A DNA stretch of 64,000 nt from Octopus vulgaris (Eukaryota), in NCBI GenBank assembly GCA_951406725.2, contig OX597819.1, forward strand, positions 37,882,001 to 37,946,000. Reading direction: 5' to 3'. The notes below the pieces were generated by a model. That model saw only the letters and a list, made by a program, of their open reading frames with translations. It did not search any database and was not told the origin of the DNA. The position numbers and the translations under genes are program-made. Each line of letters begins with the position of its first letter. The stretch's first letter is position 1. Below are positions 12,530 to 26,519 of this stretch, in pieces.

Positions 12530-13020
12530 ACCATTGGGGTACCACTGATGATTTAATGACCAGATCTCTCTACCCATCTCTGTCTTCTGCCTCTTGTATT
12601 GTGTCTCTCATCTTCAGGCCTGTCCCCTCACAGGTGTTGCTTTTCCACCTCTTTCTCTGTCTGCCTCTGCGTCTACCACTTTTGACTGTTCCCTGAAGGA
12701 TTGTTTTGGCCATCCCTGATTAGCGGGTAACATGCCCAAACCACCTGAGCTTGCATTTCTTTACTGTGCTAAGAAGTTCCTCATAGGGCCCTGTTGCCTG
12801 CCTTATTCATTTGTGACACGATCTCTGTATGATATTCTCAAAAGTCTCCTGAAACATTTCATCTTTATAGCTTGGATTCTTCTTTCAATTTCTGCTGTCA
12901 GTGTCCATGTATCACAGGCATACAGAAATAATGAGATCACTAGCAATCTTATTAGCCTGATTTTGGAGCTCATTGAGATATTTCTGTCTTTCCACAATGT
13001 TCTGAATTTGGTCATTGATG
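12530..13020 (-). mobile_element. RTE (BovB-like) LINE 3' fragment, a different family from the main RTE
   Basis: SKIRLIRLLVISLFLYACDTWTL...KCFRRLLRISYRD, RTE-type C-terminus. Confidence 0.8.
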
Positions 13021-16000
13021 CTGTTACTTTGGTAAATTTATTTTGATAAAGGTTAAGATTAATTGCTTAAGTGAATACGAGCTATTGCCAACTTTATTGA
13101 GTCCATGTGGGAACAAAGTTAGTTATATAGTATATGAGAAATGAGGCCACAGTGAAAGAAAATAGATTAAGTATCTGTAGATTTAGAAACAACAAACATT
13201 AATAGATTAAACTTTAGAATACAGTAGGTAATATGTATAGAAACTACTGTTAAGTATAAGTTTCATTCATATTGCTTTCAACTTTTGGCACAAAGCCAGC
13301 AATTTTGGGGGAGGGATAAGTTGATTAGATCGACTCCAGTGCTCAACTGGTACTTATTTTATCAACCCCAAAATGATGACAGGCAAAGTTGACCTTGGTG
13401 GAATTTGGACATTAAACGACGATGACTATGAACTTAAAGACAGACAAAATGCCACTAAGCCTTTTGCCTGGCATGTTAAGAATTGTGCCAGCTTGCCACC
13501 TTATACATTAGATTTTTATTAGAATTTTACCTTAGTTGTTTCTAGGCCTGAAATTGAGAGGAAGATTAGTAACTACATTAACTCCAATACTGTTTAGTAC
13601 TTTATTTTATTGAGCCTGAAAATATGAAAGACAAAGTTATCTTGGGGTAATATTTGAAATTCTGAACATAAAGAGCCACTACAACGGATAGTGCAAAGCT
13701 TACAGTCCAATGCTTATAGTCCAACCTATTACTCTTATTTAACCATAATAGCGATTTCTAAGACGGGCATAAGGCCACAAATATCAAAGGAGGTAACATT
13801 TAACCCTTTAGCATTCAGATTACTCTGTCAAATGTAAAGCCTGTTTAATCACATTGTTTTAAATTAATTGTACAGCATCTTGTAACTCTGAGATTTTGAT
13901 GATGTCCCTGTTTATTTTTAGAATGACTTTGTAGGGTAGGTGTGAGAGGTCAGAGATGGTTGATTTGAGCATAAAACAGGAAGATAATTTCGGCTTGATA
14001 TGGCCAGTTTAAACACTAAAGGGTTAAAGACCTCAACACAGTACTTGAATGATACATTTTTTTTATTAACCCTGAAAGGATGAAAAGTAAAGTCAACTTC
14101 AAAAGGATTCAAACTCAGAACATAAAACAATGCAACTGTTTTCATTGTAAAAAAATTGTAAATTCTGTGATCTTAAATCATTTCAGAATCACTGATAATT
14201 AAACTTTAAATCAGGAACAGCAGCCACCACCGAAAAGTGAGTATGGTCTAATAGCATGTACCATGCTTTTACTAATTGTTTTAGGTGCTTGTGAAATCAC
14301 AAACATAAACAGCTTCACAGCCATTTCTCATTTCTCCCAGTGTCACATCCAGCATGTGGCAGCTGGGGACAGAAAGGGCTGCACCTGTACCTGGCTAGTA
14401 CACATTTTCAACTGAGTAGATTGAAGTGATGTGAAATGAAATGCCTTACTCAAGAACTCAACATGATGTCTGGTCTAGGGATTGAACTTACTACCTTATG
14501 ATCATGAGCCCAACACATTAACCACTATGCTTCATACCTTTTAAAGTAGTAACATAGTTCATTATTCATGAATTATTTAATAGTTGAATTTTAAATACGA
14601 CCGAGACCTCAGAGATATGCTGTGACTGTGAAGACCCGACAAATGAAGTGAGTTCATGGCTCGCAGGACGGCCTGCTGTGCTAACCTTGGATTGTAGAGT
14701 GACCTGCTGTTCTTCAGGAGAACTATTGAGTCAAGTACGTCAACACCAACATCAAAATAAAAATCAAATGGAAGTTGTAGTTATGATACCTGTGCCGGTG
14801 GCACATAAAAAGCACCATCCGAATGTTGCAGATGCCAGCGCCGCCTTGACTGGTGTCCATGTCGGTAAGACGTAAAAGCACCAACTGATCGTGGCCGTTT
14901 GCCTGCCTCCTCTGGCCCCTGTGTCGGTGGCACGTAAAAATCATCCACTACAGGAGTGGCTGTGTGGTATAGCCCCGGGCCGACCAATGCCTTGTGAATG
15001 GATTTGGTAGACAGAAACTGAAAGAAGCCTGTCGTATATATGTATATATATACATGTGTGTGTGTGTGTGTGTGTGTTTGTGTGTCTGTGTTTGTCCCCC
15101 TGGCATTGCTTGACAACAGATGCTGGTGTGTTTATGTCCCCGTTACTTAGTGGTTCGGCAAAAGAGACTGATAGAATAAGTACTGGGCTTACAAAAGAAT
15201 AAGTCCCGGGGTCGAGTTGCTCGATTAAAGGCAGTGCTCCAGCATGGCCGCAGTCAAATGACTGAAACAAGTAAAAGAGTAAAGAGTAAAAGAGTACACT
15301 CACGGAGTGGTTGGCGTTAAGAAGGGCATCCAGCTGTAGAAACACTGCTAGATCAGACTGGAGCCTGGTGCAGCCTCCTGGATTCCCAAACCCCAGTTGA
15401 ACTGTCCAACCCACGCTAGCATGGAAAACAGACGTTAAACGATGATTATGATGACCACAGTAAAAGGAAAATATCTTTCCTCATCAACATCATCATAGGG
15501 TTGTCATTGTTTTTACATCCTCTCTTCCATGATTGAATGGGTCAGATGGAATTTGTTGAGGTGGATTTTCTATGGCTGGATACCTTTCTTGTCATCAATC
15601 CCTACCTGTTAACCTGTAAAGTATATTTCCCCATGAAACAGACATAGTTTCACAGAAAACTGGAAGTGAAGAACACTGCTTGTATGGCTGTGACACTCGT
15701 TTACGACTATCACGTGATATAAAGTCAGGGAGACAGTAACATATGCACGTAAGTACACATACACATATACACACTCACACACACACATGGACACTGACAA
15801 TGGACTTCTTTCAGTCTCTGTCCACCAAATCCATTCACCAGGCATTGGTTGCCCTAGGGCTTATAGTAGAAGACCAAGGTGCCGGACCGAAGGATTGATT
15901 CTGGAACCATGTAGTTGGGAAGCAAATGTCTAACTGTACAGCCAAGCCTGCTCCAATTCAGAACTATAAATTCCCAACCAAGACAAAGCTCATAACACAT

Positions 16001-18334
16001 ATATAGTCAAACATAAATGTGGTGAGTTGCAAAGCTAGTTATTTTTGCAATTCTGAGAACCAATCTCAGAATTGTATAAATAATTAGATTTCTAGCAGTG
16101 TATAGTGTTTAAGATTTTAAGACTTTGTAGTGTGATTCTGTTACACAATAAACTTTACTTTACTCAGAACATTATTAAATACTAAGAAATGGTCATCTTC
16201 ATCATAATTACTGTCCTCATCATATAATTTTAATATCTGCTCTTCTATGCTACAATAGGTTTGGTTCGTCTAAAATACAGGACCTGTCTATCAGTGTTAA
16301 ACATTGATAATTAGAATTAAAAACTTAAAGCATTTGCAAATTATCTGTTTCTTCCATAAATAATTGTTTCAAGTTTTGGATTGAGGCCAGTGTGATTTTA
16401 GTGGGAGGAGGATAGTCAAGTACATCAACATGAGTACTTTATTTTATCGACCCTGAAAGAATATAATGCAAAATTGACTATGACTGGATTTGAACTCAGA
16501 TAGTTAAAAGCTGGAAGAAATACCAATCAGTAGTTTTTTGGACATGTTAACAGAAGCATGATTAGATGGTGTTAGATAATTGGTAGGACTGATTTTGGTT
16601 GTGTGTTGTTACCCATATTAAAACCAAGTTCATTTAAAGTTTTTCAGGAAACCATTTATTTACATAAAAATATACAGAGGTTTTTGCCAAGAGTTAACAG
16701 TGTGCCAGAAATGTATAGAGAAACATTTATCACTAGAGATATGACTGCATGCTAGCCTGGGGAAAATAGCCATATATCCATATTATAAGAAGTGGGAAAA
16801 TTCTGTGATCATTGTATACAAATGATTCTTTTTAACCTGGTGTCTAGCAATGACTAAGAAATCCATCTTCTCACTAAGTTCTGTTGCCTCTGCTTCTGCT
16901 TTTCTGAACTGATTATGATGCACATCTCAACTTATAGCCATGTTTTAGCAGGAAACTCATGGAAAATTCATTCTACAATTGCGGCTGAAATACCATTGGC
17001 CAGAATTCAAGGCAAGCCACCTAATATGCTGTAGGCTATTTCTCATTACTGAGCTGACATGGTGTCAAATCAAAGCTTTACTACAAGGTAGAGAATCATC
17101 ATCATCATCATTGTTTGACATCTGCTTTCTATGCTGGCATGGATTGGATGGTTTGACAGGAGTTGACCAGGCAGAAGACTGCACCAAGCTTCTGTGTGTG
17201 TTTTAACATGGCTTTAAGGCTGGATGTCCTTCCTAACATCAACCACCCTACTGAGTGGACTGGATGCTTGATGCTTTTTCTGTGGCACCAGCACAGGCGA
17301 GGTCAGTTTTGGCATGACTTTTACTGCTGGATGCCCTTTTACATGCCAGCCACTTCACATTGTGGACTGGATGCTTTTTATGTGGCACCAGCACCAGCAG
17401 GGTCACCAAGTAACTTGAAAGACAAGGAATTTTTGAGAGGAGAGGGGACATTGGAGGAGGTGATCTTGTGTCAGATGATGAAAGGATAGAGTGTGACAGA
17501 GAAACTCATGGAAAATTTGAAACCAAGTCGGCTCAATAATGAGAAATAGGCTATAGCATATTAGGTGACTTGCCCTGAATTCTGGTCAACAGTATTTCAG
17601 CTGCAATTGTAAAATGAATTTTCCATGAGTTTCCTGCAAAATTATATTTTCAAACTTTATTTCTCTGAAATTATACATGGAAGTCAAATTACTGGTGTCT
17701 TTCTGAAGCTCCTCTCATCATCCATATTGTTACCCATCTTCAGCTCTTCTACTGTTTTTTTTCCCAGTCCTTCCTTTCTTGGATGCCGTTTCTCTGGAAT
17801 TCCCTTTTTACCGAAATTTTCCTTTTGCTCTCAACTTGTAACTATTCAAGAGAAACATTAACCATGTCAGTCTTAGAAACATCAGGTGCAAGTTTGGTTG
17901 TGTAGTGAGAAGCTTACTTCCCAGCCACATTGGTTCTGGGTTCAGTCCCACTGTGTGGCACCTTGGGCAAGAGTCTTCTACTATTGCCTTGAGATGATCA
18001 AAGCCTTGTGAGTGGATTTGGTAGATGGAAACTGAAAGAAGTCTGTTGTATATATATATATATATTGTGGTGGACAACAGAAGAAAGAAATACGGCAAAG
18101 ATCAGAGGTCTCTTATGAATTCGACACGTCCTGTCGCTTCTTCGTCTATGCTCGAACTGTCCCTTCGTTGATGACCACACATGCATCCTGCTTGACCTCT
18201 TCATTTTCCTGCGATGCATGCACCCTGCAGTCTTCTGCCAGCCCCTGCAAGCCCTACTTCTGCCCGCCTCATCTGTCATCCTCTCCACCAGCACCACATA
18301 GCTCATCACATCCCACAACACCGACTGCCAACAT

Positions 18335-18637
18335 CATCATCATCATCATCATCATCGTTTAACGTCCGTTTTCCGCGCTAGCACAGGTTGGACGGTTCGA
18401 CCGGGGTCTGGGGAGCCAGGGGCTGCTCCAGGCTCCAGTCTGATCTGGCAGTGTTTCTACAGCTGGATGCCCTTCCTAACGCCAACCACTCCGCGTAGTG
18501 GGTGCTTTTTACGTGCCACCTGCACAGGTGCCAGAGGGGGTCTGGCATCGGCCACGATCGGTTGGTGCTTTTTATGTGCCACCGGCACAGAAGCCAGTCG
18601 AGGCGGTGCTGGCATCGGCCACGTTCGGATAGTGCAC

Positions 18638-18640
<3 letters not shown>
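18335..18640 (-). mobile_element. RTE-3'-tail repeat (truncated LINE or RTE-mobilised SINE) with (GAT)n tail
   Basis: Matches 51300-51580. Related copies at about 15295-15455, 19770-19936(-), 46905-47155, 56935-57105, 61020-61450(-) and 62320-62510(-). Confidence 0.8.
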
Positions 18641-18690
<50 letters not shown>

Positions 18691-19047
18691 CTATGTGTGT
18701 GTGTCTTTGTGTCTGTGTTTGTCTCCATAACCGAAAGAGACCGATAGAATGAGTACTAGGCTTAAAAGATAAGTCCTGGGGTCGATTTGTTCAACTAAAA
18801 CCCTTGAAGATGGCACTCCTGCATGCCGCAGTTAAATGACTGAAACAAGTAAAAGAATAAAAGAATATGATCTCAGAGGGCCTACAAAGATCCCAAACAG
18901 AACCTAGACAAAACTATTTTTAAAAACCAAAATAAGGAAAGAGAAACTGTATTTTCCCTACTACAATTTTTTGCAGCTTAAATGATTCTCTGGTCAACCT
19001 ATATATGTCTAATTATACACACTGATCTCTCTCAAATCTTTCATCAG

Positions 19048-19159
19048 GATTATTGCCGATACAAATTGCATGAAGAGTTAGAAATACAATCTATGAAAAG
19101 ATTTACATTGCAACTAACATACGATGAACTCGTGAAAAGTATTAATGAAGAAATTTCCC
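19048..19159 (+). CDS. CCDC175-like exon 3: DYCRYKLHEELEIQSMKRFTLQLTYDELVKSINEEIS
   Basis: ctttcatcag acceptor, C|GTAAGT donor, phase 0 to 1. LEIQSM recalls LEIESM of vertebrate CCDC175 (from memory). Confidence 0.88.
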
Positions 19160-19938
19160 GTAAGTAATTAGTTTTGTTTATATAATAAGCGTGTAATTAT
19201 CTGGAATCAATCTTTATCTTTCAGCTGTTGTTGTTTACTTATTTCAGTCAATGGACTGTGGTCATGCTGGGGAATCACCTCGAAGGGTTTTAGTCAAATG
19301 AACTGACCACAGTACTTCCTCATCATCATTATTTAACATCCATTGTCCATGCTGGCAAGGGTTGGACAGTTTGACCAGAGCTAGTAAGCTGGAGAGCTGC
19401 ACCAGGCTCCAGTCTGATTAGGCTTGGTTTAGAGTCTGCTGAGTGCTTTTACGTGGCCTGCGCAGGCACTTTTATGTGGAACTCCATGGATACTTTTATG
19501 TGGCACCACATGGGGATAGTACTTCTATTTTTTTTTTTTTATTATGTCTGGTTCTTATCCTATTGGTCTCTTATGCTGAATGCTAAGTTACAGGGACATA
19601 AGAAAACCAACACCTGTTGTCAAGTGGTTGTAGGGAACAAACACAATCATAAAGACACACATGCGCACACACACACACACACACACATAGCCCAGGGCTA
19701 TATATATGTATGTATGTATATAGATAGATAGATAGATATAGATGTAGATATATGTATGTATGTATATATCATCATCATCATCATCATCATCGTTTAACGT
19801 CCGCTTTCCATGCTAGCATGGGTTGGACGGTTCAACTGGGGTCTGGGAAGCCCGAAGGCTGCACCAGGCCAGTCAGATGTGGCAGTGTTTCTACAGCTGG
19901 ATGCCCTTCCTAACGCCAACCACTCCGAGAGTGTAGAG

Positions 19939-20033
<95 letters not shown>

Positions 20034-20036
<3 letters not shown>

Positions 20037-21728
20037 TTGCATCGGAAATTAATTAGCACTTCTCAAATTTCTACATTTTCTTACATTTTCTTAATTTAAT
20101 TAACTTATTATCAGAAACGAACTCGTTTTTAATCAAAAATTTATTAAAACATATCCCAGCACACCACATAATTGTTATTAATCGTGAAATTTAGTCAATA
20201 TCTTGTTGCTCCTCCTTTGGCAGCAATGACAGCTGCTACGCGGGTCGGCATGCTGTCTATGAGTGCCTGCAGGTACTGTGCAGGGATGGCCCCCCATGCA
20301 GCAAGAAGTGCCCCAAACAGCTCGTATAGGTTCCTGTATTGTTGCACATTCAAATCCCTACCCAATCGACTCCAGAGGTTCTCAATAGGGTTCAGGTCAG
20401 GTGACTGACCAGGCCAGTCCATGACCGTCACCCCATGGTCCTTGAAGAAACCGGTTGTGAGCTTGGCTGTGTGGGAAGGCGCGTTGTCCTGCTGGAGCAG
20501 TACTCCTCGCCACCAAAGAGGTATCCCGTACTATCTCAACGTACTTTGCTGCGTTGATGTTGCCTTTGACGGCATAGAGCCGCCCAACACCACTGTAGCT
20601 GAACGCCCCTCACACCATCAGACCACCCCCACCTTGCTTCATGGTGGGAGCAACGCAGTCTTTGTTGAAGCGCTCACCCCTGCGGCATCGCACATGGACA
20701 GGCTTGTCACTGACGAGACTGAATTACGACTCATCAGTGAACATCACTGTCCGCCACTGCTGCACGGTCCATGTCTTGTGGGCACGGGACCAGAGCAGCC
20801 GCCTCTTCCGGTTTTGGGCTGTAAGGAGCGGCTTACGGGTGGCCCTACAGGATTTTAGACCAGCTTCCAGTAATCTGGTCTTGACGGTGGTTGTAGACAA
20901 CTGCTTCTCTGTCATCTTTTGCATCTCCTCCGCCAGTTGCCGGCTCGTTACCCTTCGGTTGTACAGTGACTTTCGGATCAGCATCTGGTCCTCCCGCTGG
21001 GTCGTCAGCCTCTTCCGTCCCCTACCCTTTTTGTCAGCTGCTGATCCGGTTTCCTCGTATTTCTTAAATAAGCACTGAATTGTGCGCCTGGCTACACCAA
21101 GTTTTCTGGCTATTGCAACCTCCGACAGCTTCCCACACCACGAGAGAGCCTTGTACCGTCTCTCCAAGGTCATGCGAGGTCTTGGGCCCATCTAGGAATG
21201 AACGATAAAAACCAGTTATTTTCATTAAAACTATTCATTTGAATAATGTTATGCTATAACAAAACTGCTATGAGTTATTATTCATTAAACAAAAAAGAAA
21301 GAAAGCAGAATTTCTCACCTTATTTGATGTATAACAGAAAGTTTTGTGAACCGGAAGTGACGTCACCAAGCAGAGTGTAGGAGAATTTGTGAGGAAAAAA
21401 ATCTTGCAAATACACAAATCAATTAACCTACAAGCTGTTCAAAACGTCTTACGCGATGAGAAAACTTAGTACGGTGTGATTTCGGTCCTTGCGAGGCGCT
21501 ACCTATATCTATTAAACAAAGGAAGATTTGTCTGCATCCGCACTCCAAGTTGTTGTTGCACTGCTATGTCAACATCATTAGGCTGTAGACTCTCAAACCA
21601 CTCTGCAAACAAAGTTACGTCATCGTTCTGCGCAACAAAGCAATAGTTCGAGATATGGCCACTAGGTGACAGCACATACCTTGAGTGAAGAGCAAATCAA
21701 GGGTGCTAATTAATTTCTGATGGTAGTG
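20034..21728 (-). mobile_element. Full-length Tc1 (DD34E) transposon with disrupted transposase (21191 to 20195)
   Basis: 26-bp TIRs CACTnnCATCrGAAATTAATTAGCAC and TA TSD in (TA)n. HTH, FTDES, QQDNA and WPGQSPDLNPIENLW motifs, with stops and a frameshift. Confidence 0.93.
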
Positions 21729-23009
21729 TATATATATTTATAGCCCAGGGCTTACCAAAGCTTTGTGAGTGGATTTGGTTAACAGAAACTGAGAAAAAGT
21801 CTGCTGTACGTACATACATACATCATACATACATACATACATACATACATACATACATACATACATACATACATACAGCAGACTTTTTCAGTTTCTTTTA
21901 ACCAAATCCTCTCACAAAGCTTTGGTAAGCCCTGGGCTATAGTAGAAGACACTTGCCTTAGGCGCCAGGCAATGGGACTGAACTCAGAACCATGTGGTTG
22001 GGAAACAAGCTTCTTACTCACAGCCACACCGGTGCCTGTTTGTATATTAACTGTATGTTACCGACACATTTCTAGCTATTACACGAATCTCAGCACAGTA
22101 GAATATATGGGTGGTTGAGTCAACAGCAATTAATTATAGATTATCAGTTCCCTTTTATTTTCCGTGTAGTAGGACCACAGGCAAGCAGGCAGAGAAAGTA
22201 GGTTTCATATGTGGCAGATGCAAAGGAATAGTTAGCAGTGAGATTACATGAGAAATAAATTCTTTCAAATGTTTGGAGACCCGACAAGAAGTAGTTGCTA
22301 ACTTTTGTTGCCTGAGTGGAGGAGAATGTTCTGAAAGTATGGTTGGTGGAGTAAGAATGGATAGAAAAGGCTTAGCAAGCTATTACCTCCGCTGATAACA
22401 ATGGGTTTCTCTCTCAGAGTAAAAGACAAAATGTGTGTACAAATTTATTTGTTATGTTTTTTTTTATGCTCTATTTGATTCCATTACCATTAATGATACC
22501 TATTCCATCAGTAAATGTTCTCCTATTTCTTGGAACTCCTTTCAAATAACAGCCAAAGCATGTACACACATGCATGCTTGCATGTATGCATACACAAACA
22601 TATACATTTGTGTGTGTGTGTGTGTAAGTTGTGATACTGCATGATAGTATTACATGAGCCTTGGACTGCAGAACATTTGTATTGGTTGCAAAGAACTGAA
22701 GTGAGCACATGTTACCCAATGAGTAATATTAGTGTCCATGAAAGATGGAGAATAATAATAATAATAATAATAATGAAATAAGGCGGCGAGTTGACAGCAA
22801 CGTTAGCACGTCGGGTGAAATGCTTAGCGGTATTTCGTCTGTCTTTAAGTTCTGAGTTCAAACTCCGCCGAGGTCAACTTTGTCTTTCATCCTTTCGGGG
22901 TCGATAAATTAAGTACCAGTTATGCACTGGGGTCAATGCAATCGAATTAATGCCTTTGTCTGTTCTTGTTTGTCTCCTCTATGTTTAGCCCCTTGTAGGC
23001 AATAGGGAA

Positions 23010-23410
23010 ATAATAATGAAATTATTGTATACAGTGCTCAGGCGCACTACAACTTGTCAAATGTGCATATAAAGCATATGCAGTAATGTACAAATGTCTG
23101 GAAAGCGAACAATGTATGAGTCAGATACATGCTTGTGTGTGTATGGAGGGGAGAAAATCAGATGTAGCGTTGGCGAATATCAGGAAGCATGGATGTTTTG
23201 AAGGATGTAGTGCTCCGACAACTAACAACTGATGCAGGCAGTTTGTTCCATACTTCAGCAACTCTTAGCATGAAAAAAATGTTTCCTAAAGTCATGAGAG
23301 CTGTGCTGTTTTCTGACTTTGTAAACATGTCCACAAGTGTTAGACAGGTGGAGTTTGAAAAGGTGCTCAGAGTTATTGTTTGTAAGATGGTTAATAATTT
23401 TATGGGTGTC
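23010..23410 (-). mobile_element. CR1 LINE 3' fragment (same family as 4028-4880)
   Basis: FFMLRVAEVWNKLPASVV and shared 3' UTR. Confidence 0.85.
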
Positions 23411-23642
23411 ATGAGCTTAGAGAAAAGCTGGGTATATAAGAAAATCAGATTGAGAGAGTGTGCAAGAGAAAAGACTGCACTAATGAAGAAATGTAATGTA
23501 TATAGAAGACATCAGATGTATAAAGAATTGATAAGCATATAGAGGAGATGGAACTAGGGAAATATGGGATGAAGTGGTGAAGTACAAGCACAAAATAACT
23601 GACTACATGAAGGGGATGACAAAGAATGATGAGTGGTAACAA

Positions 23643-24156
23643 TCTATATATATAAAGCTGTAGTTGTGTGAGTGTCTGTCCCCTTCGATTTAGATTCCTA
23701 ACTAATCCCACATTTTGCGGTGCAGTTTAACCAAATTTGGGTATCTTATAGTCGTGATTCATATCGAGCCCGTCTGAGTATTAGCGCGCGTCTACGATGA
23801 GTCTACGATTTTAAAAATAATTTAACATCACTTTTTTATTCCATTTTAATGCATAACTTTTCGTGTGTCGATGGCGGTGGAGTTGGCGTCCATGGTCACA
23901 CCTGCACCTGTTTGCTTCTCCCCCTTCTTCCCTCCCTCGTGAAGCTGTGGGGAAGGGAGTGTAAGGAAATCAACGTCGTAAAGCGTTGTCAAGGAGACCA
24001 GCGTTCTTTTAGAACAACGACTTCATGGCTTGAAGACACCAAAATAGAAATGGCTAAGAAAGCTCGAATTGGCATCTATAAGGGAAGTAACTCTCTAAAA
24101 ATGCTTATATAGTTATTTCCCTTACAAACCCGAGCAACGCCGGGCGATACTGCTAG
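23643..24156 (+). mobile_element. Non-autonomous Helitron (514 bp)
   Basis: A|TCTATATATATAAAG 5' end, subterminal hairpin cccgagcaacgccggg, CTAG|T 3' end, no TSD. Confidence 0.85.
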
Positions 24157-26519
24157 TACTTAATAAATCCCTTTGTGCATAAAGAATGTATGTTAGAAAA
24201 TCTAATGCAGATGACAGTTTGTAATGCATAGGCAGAGAAACTATTTACCAAGTATTTAAGTATGTTTCCAACTAATGCAAGATATGTAAATTAATGAAAC
24301 TATTTCAGTGAAGTATTAGTTTATGACTGATTTATTGAGCAATAGCTATGGATTTCATTTTATAGGCAAAGGGTAAGGGGCGCTTGACCTCTGAGAAGTG
24401 ATCTTTTAGCCATAAAACATGTCAGGACAATCTCCTTATTTTTTTTGTGTGTGAATAGATTAACAGACACATTCATATTTGTTAACTTTTCACTGTAAAG
24501 GCATTATAATTTGTTGTCTACCTATGTTACATTTATATACCATCATCATCATCATCATCATCGTTTTACCGTCCCCTTTTCCATACTTGTATGGACCAGA
24601 TGGAATTCCTTGTGGCAGATTTTCTACAGCTGCATACCATTCCTGTTGCCATCTACTAAATCCATTCATTAGGCTATGCTTGACCTGGTGGTATAGTAGA
24701 AGACACTTGCTCAAGGGGCCACATAAGGGACTGAACCCAGAGCCATGTGACTGAGAAGTAAACCTTTCAGCTGTACAGCCACGTCTGCAACTATAATCCC
24801 CCCGCAGATATACCTCTCCCATACATGTGTGTTTGTGCATGTGTGTGTGTGCGCATGCATGCATGTGTGTATTTATGTATCTATGTTCTTTTATTCTTTT
24901 AATTGTTTGTCATTTCACTGCAGCCATGGTGGAGCACTGCTTTGAAGGGTTTTAGTCTAACAAACAAACCCCAGGACTTATTTTTTTAAAGCCTAATACT
25001 TATACTATTGGTCTCTTCTGCTGAACCACTAAGTTATGGGGATGTAGACTCACCAAAACTGGTTGTCAAGCAATGATGGTGGGGACAACCACAGATACAA
25101 ACACACATACACACACACATATATATATGCAACAGGCTTCTTTCAGTTTCTGTCTACCGAATCCACTCACAAGGTTTTGATTGGCCTGAGGCTATAGTAG
25201 AAGAAACTAGCCCGTAGTGCCATGCAGTGGGACTGAACCCAGAACCATGTGGTAGGGAAGCTAGCTTCTTATTTCTTTATATTTCTATATTGCTCACAAG
25301 GGGCTAAACATAGAGAGGACAAACAAGGACAGACAAAGGGATTAAGTCGATTACATCGACCCCAGTGCGTAACTGATACTTATTTAATCGACCCCAAAAG
25401 GATGAAAGGCTAAGTCGACTTCGGCGGAATTTGAACTCAGAACGTAGTGGCAGATGAAATACCGCTAAGCATTTCGCCTGGTAAGCTAACGTTTCTGCCA
25501 GCTCGCCGCCTTAGGGGAAGATAGATTCTTACCACACAGCCATGTCTGCTCTTATATGTATACATATTTATGCTCTATCATAGCTCATAGATGCAAGGCT
25601 TTTTCTCTCTGCCTTCTCTATGTCTATTACAACAGTCACCATTCTTCTGCATATCTCGTCTTCTGTTGTTCTTATTCACACAGGTATTACAATAAACATC
25701 TAAGTCTTGAAAATCCCTAGAATTTTCTTTTCACTTTCGTGGTTTCTCAGACATAAAAATGGGGAAAAAATATGAAACCTCACAATGTAGCTACTACCTG
25801 TAAGACACTAATCCTTGAATTATATGATTTCCTATTATGCGTGTGACATCAGAATGGATGGGAGATAACGTCTAACACTAAACCTTTATGTTAAAGCTTT
25901 AGTGGAGCAAAATCTTCTTAAAATTAGGAGATTTATGTCCCATCTCTAACAATAGATATGAAATAAATGATCTAGTTTCATATAAGTGTATGTACATAAA
26001 TACATAAATACATCTAATATATCTGTCTGTCTGTCTGTCTGTCTATCGTATGTGTACGTGTGTACACACACACACATCCACACACATATATTGCTGAGTG
26101 GTTGGTGTTAGGAAGGGCATCAAGCCATAAAAACTGTGCCAAAGCAGACACAAATACATGGTGCAGGTTCCTACCTGGCCACCTCCTGTCAAACCACTGG
26201 TGCTGAATAGTGCCCCTAGTTGCTTTAGTGATGTATATATTTTTGCCTTTCAGTTGAAAAATTGCTAACAAGCCACCCTTATTATTTATAATTTGTACAT
26301 TTGCCATTTATGAAATCAGCATATGATTTGTATGGTGACCTTTTAAGCTGAGAAGGTGAGTTGAGTTTAACCCAAGGCACCAGTGAGAGTCACTGACAAG
26401 CATTAATGTAAATGCGAAATCACTGGTGATTTGGCTATGTCTGGTGCTTAGAGAGCTTGCCTCCCTTGTCAGTAAATAAGATGGTGCATTATTGTGGGTA
26501 TGAGCTGACCATGAGAAAA

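Noticed and set aside
18065-18330. GC-rich TA-flanked segment with a gaca/tgtc hairpin followed by GAA on the minus strand
   Set aside because: The core is too degenerate to call a ribozyme, and I could not identify the element
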